The notes below the pieces were generated by a model that saw only the letters and a program-made list of their open reading frames with translations, searched no databases and was not told where the DNA came from. A DNA stretch of 64,000 nucleotides from contig CAXXFV010000027.1 of NCBI GenBank assembly GCA_963674595.2, positions 160,001-224,000 on the forward strand. Reading direction: 5' to 3'. A program made the translations under genes and the position numbers. Each line of letters opens with the position of its first letter. The first letter of the stretch is position 1. Below, in pieces: positions 20,399-30,037 of this stretch. The stretch comes from a bacterium. GTDB lineage: Bacteria; Zhuqueibacterota; Zhuqueibacteria; Residuimicrobiales; Krinioviventaceae.

Positions 20399-22429
20399 AT
20401 GCTAAATCGACACGGAAACGCACTAAAGATATTATTTATCCTGATATTTTTGCACACAATACCACTCTTTTCACAAACACAGGGAAAACTTGCCATTGCT
20501 GTGGTGGACCTGGATGCTCCCGGTTTAAAAGCCGGAACACGGAAGGCCTTGTCCGACCGGTTAAGGAATGAACTTTTCTATACGGGCCGTTTTTCAGTTA
20601 TGGAACGCCATAAAATGGAAGATATTTTAAAAGAGCAGGGATTTCAACAGTCCGGTTGTACAAGCAAAGAATGTGTTGTTGAGGTTGGTCGTATATTAGG
20701 CGTAAAGCAGATGATCTCGGGCAGTGTCGGTAAAGTGGGCACGATTTATACCATTTCACTTCGTATGATTGATATTGAAACCGGACGAATTATGCTCACC
20801 AAAACAGAAGACTGTAACTGTCCCATTGAAATGGTGTTGACCACTGCGCTGCGTAATATTGCCATTAAAATGGCCGGCCTACCTCTGAACAATAAAACTC
20901 TCAGGGAAATACAAAAACGGTCAGCTATTGGGACCGGTGATTTTTATTTCAAATCAGAGCCGGTAGGCGCCACAGTATATATCGATGAAAAACCGCAAAC
21001 CGGGGTAACGCCTTTAACAATTGAGAATATTCCGACAGGGATACACCAAATAAGTATGAAAAAAGGCAATTACAGCGGCAGTCAAACAGTTTATCTCGAA
21101 CCCAACGAATTTAAAAGAGTGGAAATTAAACTGGTAAAAGCAAAAGGTTCATTAAAAATAATTTCCCAGCCTTTGGAAGCAGACATTTTTCTGGACAATA
21201 AATACAGTGGTAAAACACCTCAAACCCTGTCGAATCTGGATGCCGGAGAACATCGTCTTAAACTTTCCAAATCCGGCTATGAAGACTATGAACAAGTCTT
21301 ATCAATTAAAGGCAATAAACAGGAACGAATAACTGTGGATTTGCCCGAAATACTGCCGGCAACTTTAAAGATTATATCACAACCGGCAGATTGTGATGTT
21401 TACCTGAACAGGCAATTTAAAGGGAAAACACCTCTGGTTCTCCATAAAGTAACACCCGGTTTTACATCCATTCTTCTAACTCATCCGATGCACAAAGACT
21501 GGATGACCACAATTGTTTTAGAAAGCACAGAAGCCAAAGAACTGGAACCCGTTTTAAAGAAAAAAACAGGCAAAATTGTAATTAATTCAAAACCTGATGG
21601 AGCAGATATAAAAATTAATGGCGTTCCAACAGGAAAAACTCCTCTTGTGATCTCTGAGATTGAATATGGCAAATATACAATTAAAATATCCAAGCGGGAT
21701 TATGAAACAAAAACGGAATATATATCACTTTATTCAGAGAATACAAAGACAATTAACACCAGACTTTTGCCCGGGAAAGCAAAACTTACCATCAAAGGCA
21801 GCCCAGCCGGTGCAGATATTTTAATTAATAACGAATTAGCCGGGAATATGCCTTTGACAAAAAATGAAATGGACGCCGGTGAATATTCCATACGAATCAC
21901 GGCCTCAGGTTACGAAAATCAAAAGGCAAAAATTAAACTATTACCCAATAAAACCAGTGACATTAAAATTGATTTAACACGAAAATCGAATAAAAGGGCT
22001 TTTTATCGTTCTTTGTGTCTTCCCGGGTTGGGACAGCACTATTTGGGGAAAAATCAAAAAACCGTCATCTTTCCAATTCTTGAAATAGGGGCGATAACAG
22101 GGATTCTTTTATGCGAAAAAAATTTCTCCAAAGCCAACTCAGACTATAACACTGCACGTACAAATTATTCTCAAACAGCGGAACAATATCTCCTTGACCG
22201 ATATTACGCACAAATGAAAAATTATTATAATGAAATAAAATCCGCAGAAAAAAAGCGTAATTTTTTTATTGGAGCTGCGGTTGGAATATGGATTTGGAAC
22301 GCTGTTGATGCCCTGCTATTTTCTTCTAATTCAGATACAATGACCAGAATGAATGAAAATAGCGACGTCAAACTTTCCTCATCTAATTTTGATGGGAAAC
22401 AACTGATCGGATTGAATATTAATTTTTAG
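20399..22429 (+). CDS. CsgG/TolB-N-like domain, five PEGA repeats, C-terminal hydrophobic helices and terminal beta-strand
   Basis: 'IAVVDL...LSDRLRNEL..TGRFSVMER..MEDILKEQGFQQSGC...C.VEVGRILGV'. Five 'S.P.(G/E)A.(V/I)...GKTP'-type repeats. 'RSLCLPGLGQHY'. Ends 'LIGLNINF'. Start at 20399 after GAGG. Confidence 0.8.
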   Translation: MLNRHGNALKILFILIFLHTIPLFSQTQGKLAIAVVDLDAPGLKAGTRKALSDRLRNELFYTGRFSVMERHKMEDILKEQGFQQSGCTSKECVVEVGRILGVKQMISGSVGKVGTIYTISLRMIDIETGRIMLTKTEDCNCPIEMVLTTALRNIAIKMAGLPLNNKTLREIQKRSAIGTGDFYFKSEPVGATVYIDEKPQTGVTPLTIENIPTGIHQISMKKGNYSGSQTVYLEPNEFKRVEIKLVKAKGSLKIISQPLEADIFLDNKYSGKTPQTLSNLDAGEHRLKLSKSGYEDYEQVLSIKGNKQERITVDLPEILPATLKIISQPADCDVYLNRQFKGKTPLVLHKVTPGFTSILLTHPMHKDWMTTIVLESTEAKELEPVLKKKTGKIVINSKPDGADIKINGVPTGKTPLVISEIEYGKYTIKISKRDYETKTEYISLYSENTKTINTRLLPGKAKLTIKGSPAGADILINNELAGNMPLTKNEMDAGEYSIRITASGYENQKAKIKLLPNKTSDIKIDLTRKSNKRAFYRSLCLPGLGQHYLGKNQKTVIFPILEIGAITGILLCEKNFSKANSDYNTARTNYSQTAEQYLLDRYYAQMKNYYNEIKSAEKKRNFFIGAAVGIWIWNAVDALLFSSNSDTMTRMNENSDVKLSSSNFDGKQLIGLNINF

Positions 22430-22445
22430 TCAATGGGGATGCCAT

Positions 22446-24770
22446 ATGAAACGTTTACTAGTATATTCTTACCTTTTGATCATTTTTGCGTTTATTGCTA
22501 TAATACATTGTGAAAAAAAGCCAACTGAACCGGAACGGGACAATCCGTTAGATGTAAAAAATGTTACAACAGTCGGAGATCCTTTTAACCTGACCTGTGC
22601 TTTTGCCAATGGCGGGGTGAAGCTAACCTGGACCAAAGTCGGTTTGTCATCAATTAAAGGATATAATATTTATCGCAGTGAATCACAAGAAACAGGATAT
22701 ACCCAAATACATCAGGCATTGAATACCTACACATTCACAGATAAAGCCGTGAAAAACGGTCATGTTTATTATTATAAAATCACAGCGTTTTTAACAAATG
22801 GCCAGGAAAATAACCAAAGCAACATTGAAGCGGTTCGTATTCACACGGACCCTTTGATTGTAATAAACAGCGATGAACAATATTCGGCCATTCGTAATGT
22901 TGAACTGACAATCATCGCATCCGATGCCAAGGAAATGTGGCTGTGTAATAATGATCAATTCACCGAAGGCAACTGGGAAAGTTATAATTCATTAAAGGAC
23001 TGGACATTATCCACAGGAGAAGGCACAAAGAATGTCTACCTGAAAATAAAATATGAAAATGATGAGGTTTCCAATATATCTTCAGACAATATTCTGCCCC
23101 TGCCCATGCAGCCGTCGGTTAAAATTGCCAATGACAGTGTGTATACATCCAGACGGGATGTTTCAGTGTTATTTTCAGCAACCGGTGAAAATTTATATAT
23201 GAAAGTCAGTCAGGATTCAGGTTTTACAAATATTGGCTGGGAAGAATACACAACCTCTAAAAATATGACACTACCTGCCGGTGACGGCACTAAAACAGTA
23301 TATGCTAAGTTTAAAAATGATTTTGAAATCGAATCAGCTACCATTTCAGATGATATTCTACCGCAGCCGATGAAACCTGAAATTATTATTTCTGATGGTA
23401 GTACTTATACTTCAACCCGTGAGACAGTATTAAATTTAAAGGCAACCGGTGAAAATTTATATATGAAAGTTAGCCAGGATTCCGGTTTTACAAATGTTTC
23501 CTGGGAAGAGTATACAACCTCTAAAAATATGACATTACCTGATGGTGATGGAGCCAAAACAGTATATGCTAAATTTAAAAATGATTTTGAAATCGAATCA
23601 AACATAATTTCTAATTCAATCATATTAGATATGACAGGTCCTATAGCAGATTTTTCTGTTACACCAACCATTGGAGTTGCTAATGTAACATTTTTTGAAT
23701 TTGATGCAACCAACAGCTATGATAATTTCTCACTCATGCTGCGCTGGGATTGGGATAATGATGGTAACTATGATACGGACTGGTGGACAATCAAAACAGC
23801 AACCCAACTTTTTCAAACTGGCGGTGGTGACAGAACTGTTGGATTACAAGTAAAGGATGGTGCTGGACATACCGCTCATATAAGTAAATCTGTTTATGTT
23901 AATACATATCCTGTTGCATCTTTTACAGTATCCTGGGATGAAAATACTTATCTACTTTATCACGTTGACGCTTCTTTTTCATCAGATTATGAGGATGGCA
24001 AAAATCTGGAGTATCGCTGGGACTGGAACAATGACGGTATATGGGACACCCATTTTAGTTCTAATAAGATTATAGCTCATCAATATAGTAGTGAAGGTAA
24101 TAAGATAGTAAAACTTGAGGTTAGGGATACAAAAGGGCTAACACATTCAACAGTAAAGCAACTGTCTGAGCCATTTACAGTAACCGATATTGACGGAAAT
24201 ACATATAAAGTAGTAAAAATTGGTAATCAATGGTGGATGGCCGAAAACTTAAAAGTTACACATTACGGAAATGGTGACGCCATACCCAAGGTAATTGAAG
24301 AGGGCTCTTGGTATTTTACTAATTCCGGTGCTTATTGTATATATGACAATAACGACGAAAATGCATCTACTTATGGTTGTTTATATAACTGGTATGCTGT
24401 TTATGATACCCGTAAAGTAGCCCCTGATGGTTGGCATGTTCCAAATGATGAAGAATGGAATACATTAATTGATTATCTAGGTGGAAGTGAAATTGCAGGC
24501 GGTAAAATGAAAGAGGCTGGTACTGTTCACTGGCAAAGCCCAAATACCGGAGCGACGAATGAAAGTGGATTTTCAGCAGTACCTAGCGGTTACAGGACAT
24601 TAAGTGGGAGTGAATTTTTATTTTCAGGTCAGAGGTCCTATTATTGGTCTGCTACAAATGCCGCAATTATAGATGCAAGAAATTTTAGTCTCAATTATCG
24701 AAGTGCCGAAATTTATAATGTAGGAAGTAACAAAAAGTGGGGCTTTTCTGTTCGCTGCATACGAGACTAA
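22446..24770 (+). CDS. Lipoprotein with FN3-like domain, three ~88-aa repeats, two PKD domains and C-terminal Fibrobacter succinogenes major paralogous (FISUMP) domain
   Basis: Lipobox-like IIH-C. 'GYNIYRS...YYYKITA', 'RWDWDNDG.YD', 'DIDGNTY..VKIGNQWWMAENL', 'YNWYAV...PDGWHVP' and 'GFSVRCIRD' motifs. Confidence 0.85.
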   Translation: MKRLLVYSYLLIIFAFIAIIHCEKKPTEPERDNPLDVKNVTTVGDPFNLTCAFANGGVKLTWTKVGLSSIKGYNIYRSESQETGYTQIHQALNTYTFTDKAVKNGHVYYYKITAFLTNGQENNQSNIEAVRIHTDPLIVINSDEQYSAIRNVELTIIASDAKEMWLCNNDQFTEGNWESYNSLKDWTLSTGEGTKNVYLKIKYENDEVSNISSDNILPLPMQPSVKIANDSVYTSRRDVSVLFSATGENLYMKVSQDSGFTNIGWEEYTTSKNMTLPAGDGTKTVYAKFKNDFEIESATISDDILPQPMKPEIIISDGSTYTSTRETVLNLKATGENLYMKVSQDSGFTNVSWEEYTTSKNMTLPDGDGAKTVYAKFKNDFEIESNIISNSIILDMTGPIADFSVTPTIGVANVTFFEFDATNSYDNFSLMLRWDWDNDGNYDTDWWTIKTATQLFQTGGGDRTVGLQVKDGAGHTAHISKSVYVNTYPVASFTVSWDENTYLLYHVDASFSSDYEDGKNLEYRWDWNNDGIWDTHFSSNKIIAHQYSSEGNKIVKLEVRDTKGLTHSTVKQLSEPFTVTDIDGNTYKVVKIGNQWWMAENLKVTHYGNGDAIPKVIEEGSWYFTNSGAYCIYDNNDENASTYGCLYNWYAVYDTRKVAPDGWHVPNDEEWNTLIDYLGGSEIAGGKMKEAGTVHWQSPNTGATNESGFSAVPSGYRTLSGSEFLFSGQRSYYWSATNAAIIDARNFSLNYRSAEIYNVGSNKKWGFSVRCIRD
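23178..23600 (+). repeat. In-frame 264-bp tandem domain duplication
   Basis: 23178-23336 versus 23442-23600: 16 mismatches in 159 nt by hand count, giving only 4 amino-acid changes. Confidence 0.9.
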
Positions 24771-24908
24771 GATATTTCCAGCATAAACAGTTTCAAGAGC
24801 AATATTATGCGAACTTTGCAGAGTATGATTATTTATAAGGTCAATTGAAATTAACTGCCGGTATATAGAAGGAAGAATAAATTAGGGGTCAAATCACATA
24901 CGGGAATG

Positions 24909-24940
24909 AATGGTGGAATCCGTATTGAACTCCACCATTT
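24909..24940. terminator. Hairpin between convergent genes
   Basis: AATGGTGGA...TCCACCATT inverted repeat just past the stop of the minus-strand small ORF. Confidence 0.55.
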
Positions 24941-24945
24941 AAGAG

Positions 24946-25116
24946 TTAAAAACCTTTTAATACGGTTCCGAGGAAAAGAAGAATATAACCGATTACGACC
25001 AACCAGAAGGCATATACACTGAGGAATGGTACCGTAACAACAGCGCCGATAACACCAAGTATTGCCAAAATTAGTGAAACTAACCAAACATTCTTTTTAG
25101 GTGCTGAAAGTTTCAT
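24946..25116 (-). CDS. Small two-TM membrane protein (56 aa, absent from ORF track)
   Basis: GGAGG RBS, then MKLSAPKKNVWLVSLILAILGVIGAVVTVPFLSVYAFWLVVIGYILLFLGTVLKGF*, followed by a hairpin. Confidence 0.85.
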   Translation of the reverse strand: MKLSAPKKNVWLVSLILAILGVIGAVVTVPFLSVYAFWLVVIGYILLFLGTVLKGF

Positions 25117-25381
25117 AGTTCCTCCACTTTTTGTTAAAATGTATTGTTAACACACGGCACAATAGCCGCTTAATTTTCACAAAACTGGTATTGTCTTTAA
25201 CTCTTAAAACAGTCCGTAATTATACTAAAAAGCTGTACAAACATATTCTTAAAAAAATTATATCAAATAATCATATAAATAGCAAGAATAAATTCAAAAT
25301 ATTTCCCTTGATTTATTTGCTAAAATATTTTAGTATAACAATCAAATTTTTGCTATCAGACTCTTAATGATGGGAGACATC

Positions 25382-27799
25382 ATGGATGATTATGAAAAGT
25401 TAGGTGCATTTTATTTGGGGCGGACACATGATCTCGATAAAAATATTACGCGCAACGAGCTGCTTCTTTATGATTCAAAAGATTTGACCACGCACGCCGT
25501 TTGTATTGGTATGACAGGAAGCGGCAAGACCGGTTTATGCATAGATCTGCTGGAAGAAGCCGCCATTGATGGCATACCCGCACTTGTTATTGATCCCAAA
25601 GGTGACATGACAAATCTGCTTCTAAATTTTCCTAATCTTTCCGCTGAGGAATTTAAACCCTGGATTAATGAGAACGATGCCAGGAAAAATGAAATATCTC
25701 CTGAAGAATATGCAGAAAAACAGGCTGTTTTTTGGAAAACGGGATTAAACAAGTGGGACCAGGGTAGTGAAAGAATTCATCGCCTTAGAAATGCTGCAGA
25801 GTTTGATATTTTTACACCGGGCAGTTCTGCCGGTTTACCTGTTTCCATATTAAAATCATTTTCAGTTCCTCCACAGGAAGTGCTGGATGATACCGATACA
25901 TTAAATGAACGAATCTCCATGACAACAACCAGTTTATTGAGTTTGATGGGGATTGATGCTGACCCGATTAAGAGTCGCGAACATATTCTAATGTCAACTA
26001 TTATCAATTATTATTGGACGAATGGTCAGGATTTGGATTTGGCCTCCTTAATCCAGGCGATTCAATCTCCCCCTGTTTCCCGGATAGGTGTATTTGATTG
26101 TGATGTATTTTACCCTGCAAAAGAACGATTTGAATTAGCCATGATCCTGAATAACCTGCTTGCAGCGCCAAGTTTCCAAACATGGCTTGAAGGTGAAAGT
26201 CTGGACATTAATTCGTTGCTTTACACACAAACCGGCAAACCAAGAATATCTATTTTTTCTATCGCGCATTTATCGGATAATGAACGAATGTTTTTTGTGT
26301 CACTTTTACTTAACCAAATTCTGGGTTGGATAAGGACACAATCCGGAACATCGAGTTTGAAAGCAATTTTATATTTTGATGAAATATTCGGTTATCTACC
26401 GCCAACAGCTAATCCTCCCTCGAAAAAAGCACTATTGACATTATTAAAACAGGCAAGAGCATTTGGGTTAGGTATTGTGCTTTCCACACAAAATCCTGTT
26501 GATTTGGATTATAAAGGCTTGTCAAATACGGGCACATGGTTTATCGGGCGTTTACAAACAGAGCGTGACAGAGACAGAGTTTTAGACGGGCTTTTGGGTT
26601 CTTCGAGTCAGGGTTTTGATCGCAATACTTTAGAACAAATGATATCTCAACTTGGGAAAAGAATATTTTTACTGCACAATGTTCATGAACAAAAGCCTGA
26701 GCTCTTTGAAACCCGATGGGCAATGTCCTATCTAACGGGTCCGCTTACAAGACCTCAAATCAAAAAACTGATGGATGTTAAAAAGAACAAAATTAAAGCA
26801 GGTATTGAATCACCTGTTGAAGAAGGCCCAAAAGTTACAGAAACAAGCAGCCGCCCTAATCTTGCACCGGAAATAAATCAATTTTTTATAAATGTCAAAA
26901 GATCAATTCCTGAACAGCAACCAATCGTATATCGGCCTTTTATATGGGGCAGTGCAATAGTACAATTCAGGGACAAGCCGCGAAACATTGATATGCAGGA
27001 GACATTTAAAATCATCACACCAATAAATAATGAAATTATTGCTGTTGACTGGAACAATTCAGAGGCCATTGACCTGGAAATTTCAGAACTTTCAAAAGAA
27101 AGTGAAAAATATGCAAAGTATGAAAATTTGCCGATAGCCGCAAACCAACTAAAAAGTTACAAGGCGTGGCAAAAGGATTTTATTGGATATATTCATCAAA
27201 ACAAAAAATTAACATTACTCAAAAGTGTTAATTACAAGATCACCTCAGAGCCAAATGAAACAGAGAGAGATTTTCGAATCCGTTTATCACAAATAGCAAG
27301 AGAACAAAGAGACGAATGGACCGGTAAGCTACGCGAAAAATATGCAAAAAAATTATCTTCCCTGGAAGCTAAAATTAGAACGGCAGAAGATCGTGTGGAG
27401 CGGGAGATGGCACAGGCAAAACAACAAAAAATGCAAACGGCAATATCAATTGGAACGACCATTCTGGGCGCATTTTTGGGACGAAAAGCTCTTAACCGAA
27501 CAGCTATCAACAAAGCTGGGACGGCAATACGAAGCGCCGGCCGCAGCAGAAAAGAAGCCGGAGACGTGGCAAGGGCCCAGGAAAATTTAAAAGTATTGCA
27601 GGAACAACTGGACGAAATTAATGAAAAATTCCAGACTGAGCTTGAGGACTATTCTTTAAAAAATGATGTTAACCAGGAAGAGTTTGAAACAATTTTTATC
27701 CGACCTTTAAAAACCAACATTTCAGTACAGTTGTTAAGTTTGGTTTGGGTTCCATTCCAGGAGTTAGAAGACGGAATTATTGTTCAGGCATATAGCTAA
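25382..27799 (+). CDS. HerA/FtsK-superfamily P-loop ATPase (DUF87/DUF853-like) with C-terminal coiled coil
   Basis: Walker A 'GMTGSGKT', 'IDPKGD', Walker B 'YFDEIFG' and 'LLKQARAFGLG..LSTQNP.DLD'. Start at 25382 after GGAGA. Confidence 0.88.
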   Translation: MDDYEKLGAFYLGRTHDLDKNITRNELLLYDSKDLTTHAVCIGMTGSGKTGLCIDLLEEAAIDGIPALVIDPKGDMTNLLLNFPNLSAEEFKPWINENDARKNEISPEEYAEKQAVFWKTGLNKWDQGSERIHRLRNAAEFDIFTPGSSAGLPVSILKSFSVPPQEVLDDTDTLNERISMTTTSLLSLMGIDADPIKSREHILMSTIINYYWTNGQDLDLASLIQAIQSPPVSRIGVFDCDVFYPAKERFELAMILNNLLAAPSFQTWLEGESLDINSLLYTQTGKPRISIFSIAHLSDNERMFFVSLLLNQILGWIRTQSGTSSLKAILYFDEIFGYLPPTANPPSKKALLTLLKQARAFGLGIVLSTQNPVDLDYKGLSNTGTWFIGRLQTERDRDRVLDGLLGSSSQGFDRNTLEQMISQLGKRIFLLHNVHEQKPELFETRWAMSYLTGPLTRPQIKKLMDVKKNKIKAGIESPVEEGPKVTETSSRPNLAPEINQFFINVKRSIPEQQPIVYRPFIWGSAIVQFRDKPRNIDMQETFKIITPINNEIIAVDWNNSEAIDLEISELSKESEKYAKYENLPIAANQLKSYKAWQKDFIGYIHQNKKLTLLKSVNYKITSEPNETERDFRIRLSQIAREQRDEWTGKLREKYAKKLSSLEAKIRTAEDRVEREMAQAKQQKMQTAISIGTTILGAFLGRKALNRTAINKAGTAIRSAGRSRKEAGDVARAQENLKVLQEQLDEINEKFQTELEDYSLKNDVNQEEFETIFIRPLKTNISVQLLSLVWVPFQELEDGIIVQAYS

Positions 27800-27880
27800 T
27801 TAATAAGTTATTTTTTTAACAGAAAAATTCCTTTTATAATTACTCAGCATTATATATTTAATAAAAAATCATTTAAATAC

Positions 27881-27912
27881 AAAAAAAATGACTGCCAAAG
27901 CAGTCATTTTTT
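27881..27912. terminator. Bidirectional intrinsic terminator
   Basis: A8-TGACTGC-caaa-GCAGTCA-T6 between convergent genes. Confidence 0.85.
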
Positions 27913-27938
27913 GTAACGAATTCATTTTTGATTAACAA

Positions 27939-28529
27939 TTAACGGCGTTTACCAAGGAATCCGCCTAAAAGATTTCCTAATGCTCCCTTGGATTTTTGCG
28001 AAAAGACATCTCCTGCAAGGCCTTTCATGAGAAAACCAGAAACATCATCCAAAATATTGCCATCGCCATCCTGATCGATTAAGGCAGCTATTCCGTTTAA
28101 ACCCACGCCGCCTTGATCACGTTTCTGAGTCAGGGCACCGAGAACTATTGGAGCCAGCATTGGGATAATTTTCATTGCTACATTTTTATCCAGTTTGAAT
28201 TGTTTCGCAATCGTATTAACCCCTTGTAAACCTGCCTGGCCTAAAAGTCCTCCTAATTGGGGATCAGGATTATCTTCGCTGGATTTTGCTTTCAAGGTTG
28301 CACCAATATTGTCAAGAACATCCGCACTTCCATATTTATCAAGAATATGATTAGCACGGTCCGCGCCTCCCCTCGTTTCCATCTGGCGCTTTAAACCACC
28401 AAGGATAAGTGGCGCAACTTGAGGTATAATTTGAGCAGCTACATTCTTGTCAATGCCCAAATTTGAAGAAAGTTGCTTGCTTACTTCAGGTCCCAATGAT
28501 TTAACGAAATCATCGATAAAGTTTGCCAT
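27939..28529 (-). CDS. DUF937 family protein
   Basis: Gly-rich amphipathic helices, 'PLILGGL', 'MLAPIVLGAL' and an EF-like 'DQDGDGNILDD'. Confidence 0.8.
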   Translation of the reverse strand: MANFIDDFVKSLGPEVSKQLSSNLGIDKNVAAQIIPQVAPLILGGLKRQMETRGGADRANHILDKYGSADVLDNIGATLKAKSSEDNPDPQLGGLLGQAGLQGVNTIAKQFKLDKNVAMKIIPMLAPIVLGALTQKRDQGGVGLNGIAALIDQDGDGNILDDVSGFLMKGLAGDVFSQKSKGALGNLLGGFLGKRR

Positions 28530-28545
28530 TGTAATATTCCTTTTT

Positions 28546-28576
28546 AAAAAAAGGTATTGTCATTGACAACACCTCT
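28546..28576 (-). terminator. Intrinsic terminator after the LysM gene
   Basis: Minus strand reads GGTGTTGTC-aat-GACAATACC-T7. Confidence 0.6.
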
Positions 28577-28608
28577 TATTTAGTTTCAAATTCAAAAAGT
28601 TTAATTTT

Positions 28609-29046
28609 TTAGCTTATCTTTGGAATACGAATCCTTTGACCAGGATATATCAGGTTTGCATCTTTAATTACTTCTCTGTTTGCCTCAAAAATAACGGGAT
28701 ATTTCATTGCATTGCCATAATAGTGTTTTGCAATTTTGGAAAGCGTATCACCGGATTTTATAGTATAAAACTCGGCGACCTCTTCCTCATGAGGCGTTGT
28801 TAATTGCTCATCATCAACTTTGGCAACACCTTTAATATTTCCCGCCAATAAAACGGCTTTTTCCTTGGTTGCTTGAGAATCACAACTTCCGGATAAAACT
28901 ATTGTTCCATCTGCAAAGGTAACTTTTAGGTCAGTAATTTTGTCGCCAAGTTCTTTAGTTAACAGAGCTTTAACTTCTTCATCCTCCTTTTTCCCTTTAC
29001 CAAACAAGTTAGCTCCAACATCTTTAACAAAATCGAAAAATGCCAT
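28609..29046 (-). CDS. BON-LysM protein (YgaU/Kbp potassium-binding family)
   Basis: 'MAFFDFVKDVG', BON 'EKAVLLAGNIKGV..V' and LysM 'YTIKSGDTLSKIAK.YYGNAMKY..IFEAN...IYPGQ'. Confidence 0.88.
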   Translation of the reverse strand: MAFFDFVKDVGANLFGKGKKEDEEVKALLTKELGDKITDLKVTFADGTIVLSGSCDSQATKEKAVLLAGNIKGVAKVDDEQLTTPHEEEVAEFYTIKSGDTLSKIAKHYYGNAMKYPVIFEANREVIKDANLIYPGQRIRIPKIS

Positions 29047-29126
29047 TTTGTAGTCCTTATTATTAAGTGATTAATTATTCAATATTAGAAAAAAGGAGTA
29101 ATAAAACCTTAAAGATTTATTTATTC

Positions 29127-29537
29127 TTAGTATGTAATCATTGGTTTTAATTTTTTCGCTTGTTCAATCCAACCGGTAACAGCCTTTAGTCCCGGGACAA
29201 CCCGAACAAGTTTCTTTTCTGCATTAACCTCAGCCATTTTCGCCTGGAGGTTTTCAGCATTTCGGGTAGCAAGCTCTTTGACCGTATCGACACCGGCTCT
29301 TTCCAATAAATCGGAATATTCACTCCCAACACCTTTGATTCTATAAAGATCAGCAAAATTCACCCATTTAAGGATGAGTGTTTCATCAATATCACTCTTT
29401 TCCGCCAATTCTTTACGTCCCTTTTTGGTTGCTCCTTTTTCAAGTAAAGCATTAACAGTACGTACACCTGCTTTTGTTAATTTTTCTCCGTAAGTAGGTC
29501 CAATGCCTTCAATGTCAACGATGTTATAATTTGCCAT
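29127..29537 (-). CDS. DUF4332 helix-hairpin-helix protein
   Basis: 'DIEGIGP', 'WVNFADL.RIKGVG.EY..LLE.AGVDTV.ELA.RN' and 'WIEQAK'. Start at 29537 after GGAGG. Confidence 0.88.
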   Translation of the reverse strand: MANYNIVDIEGIGPTYGEKLTKAGVRTVNALLEKGATKKGRKELAEKSDIDETLILKWVNFADLYRIKGVGSEYSDLLERAGVDTVKELATRNAENLQAKMAEVNAEKKLVRVVPGLKAVTGWIEQAKKLKPMITY

Positions 29538-29900
29538 TTTTTCCTCCATTAATAAGTAATTATGTTTGTTAATACCGAACAACTTGATTTATTGCTTTAT
29601 TTCATAAATAATAATTTTATAAAATAATACAAGATAAAGGGTGTTCGACTTGAATCATTAAAAATTATTTGTTATCAACATAATTCTGATTTTTTTATTG
29701 ATTACAAAATATCAACTATTTAAGTAAAGATGATTTTATTTTAGAGAAAAATACAAATTTTGTTTTGGTAAGATTTTATGATACTGGAACTCATTTAAAT
29801 TTCAAATTAATTTATGAGCCAAATAGAGTAAAGAATACTTTTAATGTGTTGTATGTTCGTGTAGAGAGTTTTGAAGATAATTTATATTAAAAGTTAGCTG

Positions 29901-29929
29901 AATCTAAACTTTATTTTAAATATTGTCAA
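29901..29929 (-). promoter_or_regulatory. Putative sigma70 promoter
   Basis: Minus strand TTGACA-N17-TAGATT, about 360 nt upstream of the DUF4332 gene. Confidence 0.45.
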
Positions 29930-30037
29930 GCAAAATATTGAATTTAGGGAAGGTGATATTTTTTTTCTGATGGGATCGTAAAACTGCACGTTGCATATTA
30001 GAATCTTTTCAAATAATAATATATATGGATTTAATTT

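Noticed and set aside
24170-24900. FISUMP domain as a diversity-generating retroelement target
   Set aside because: No template repeat or reverse transcriptase is in the window. The internal 264-bp repeat differs at mixed bases, mostly synonymous, and is not adenine-specific. A remote DGR cannot be excluded.
25131-25367. 78-aa ORF upstream of the ATPase
   Set aside because: Low-complexity AT-rich translation with a TTG start and no RBS, occupying the divergent promoter region.
25382-27799. HerA-type anti-phage or conjugative coupling system
   Set aside because: No nuclease, Sir2, relaxase or T4SS partner is adjacent.
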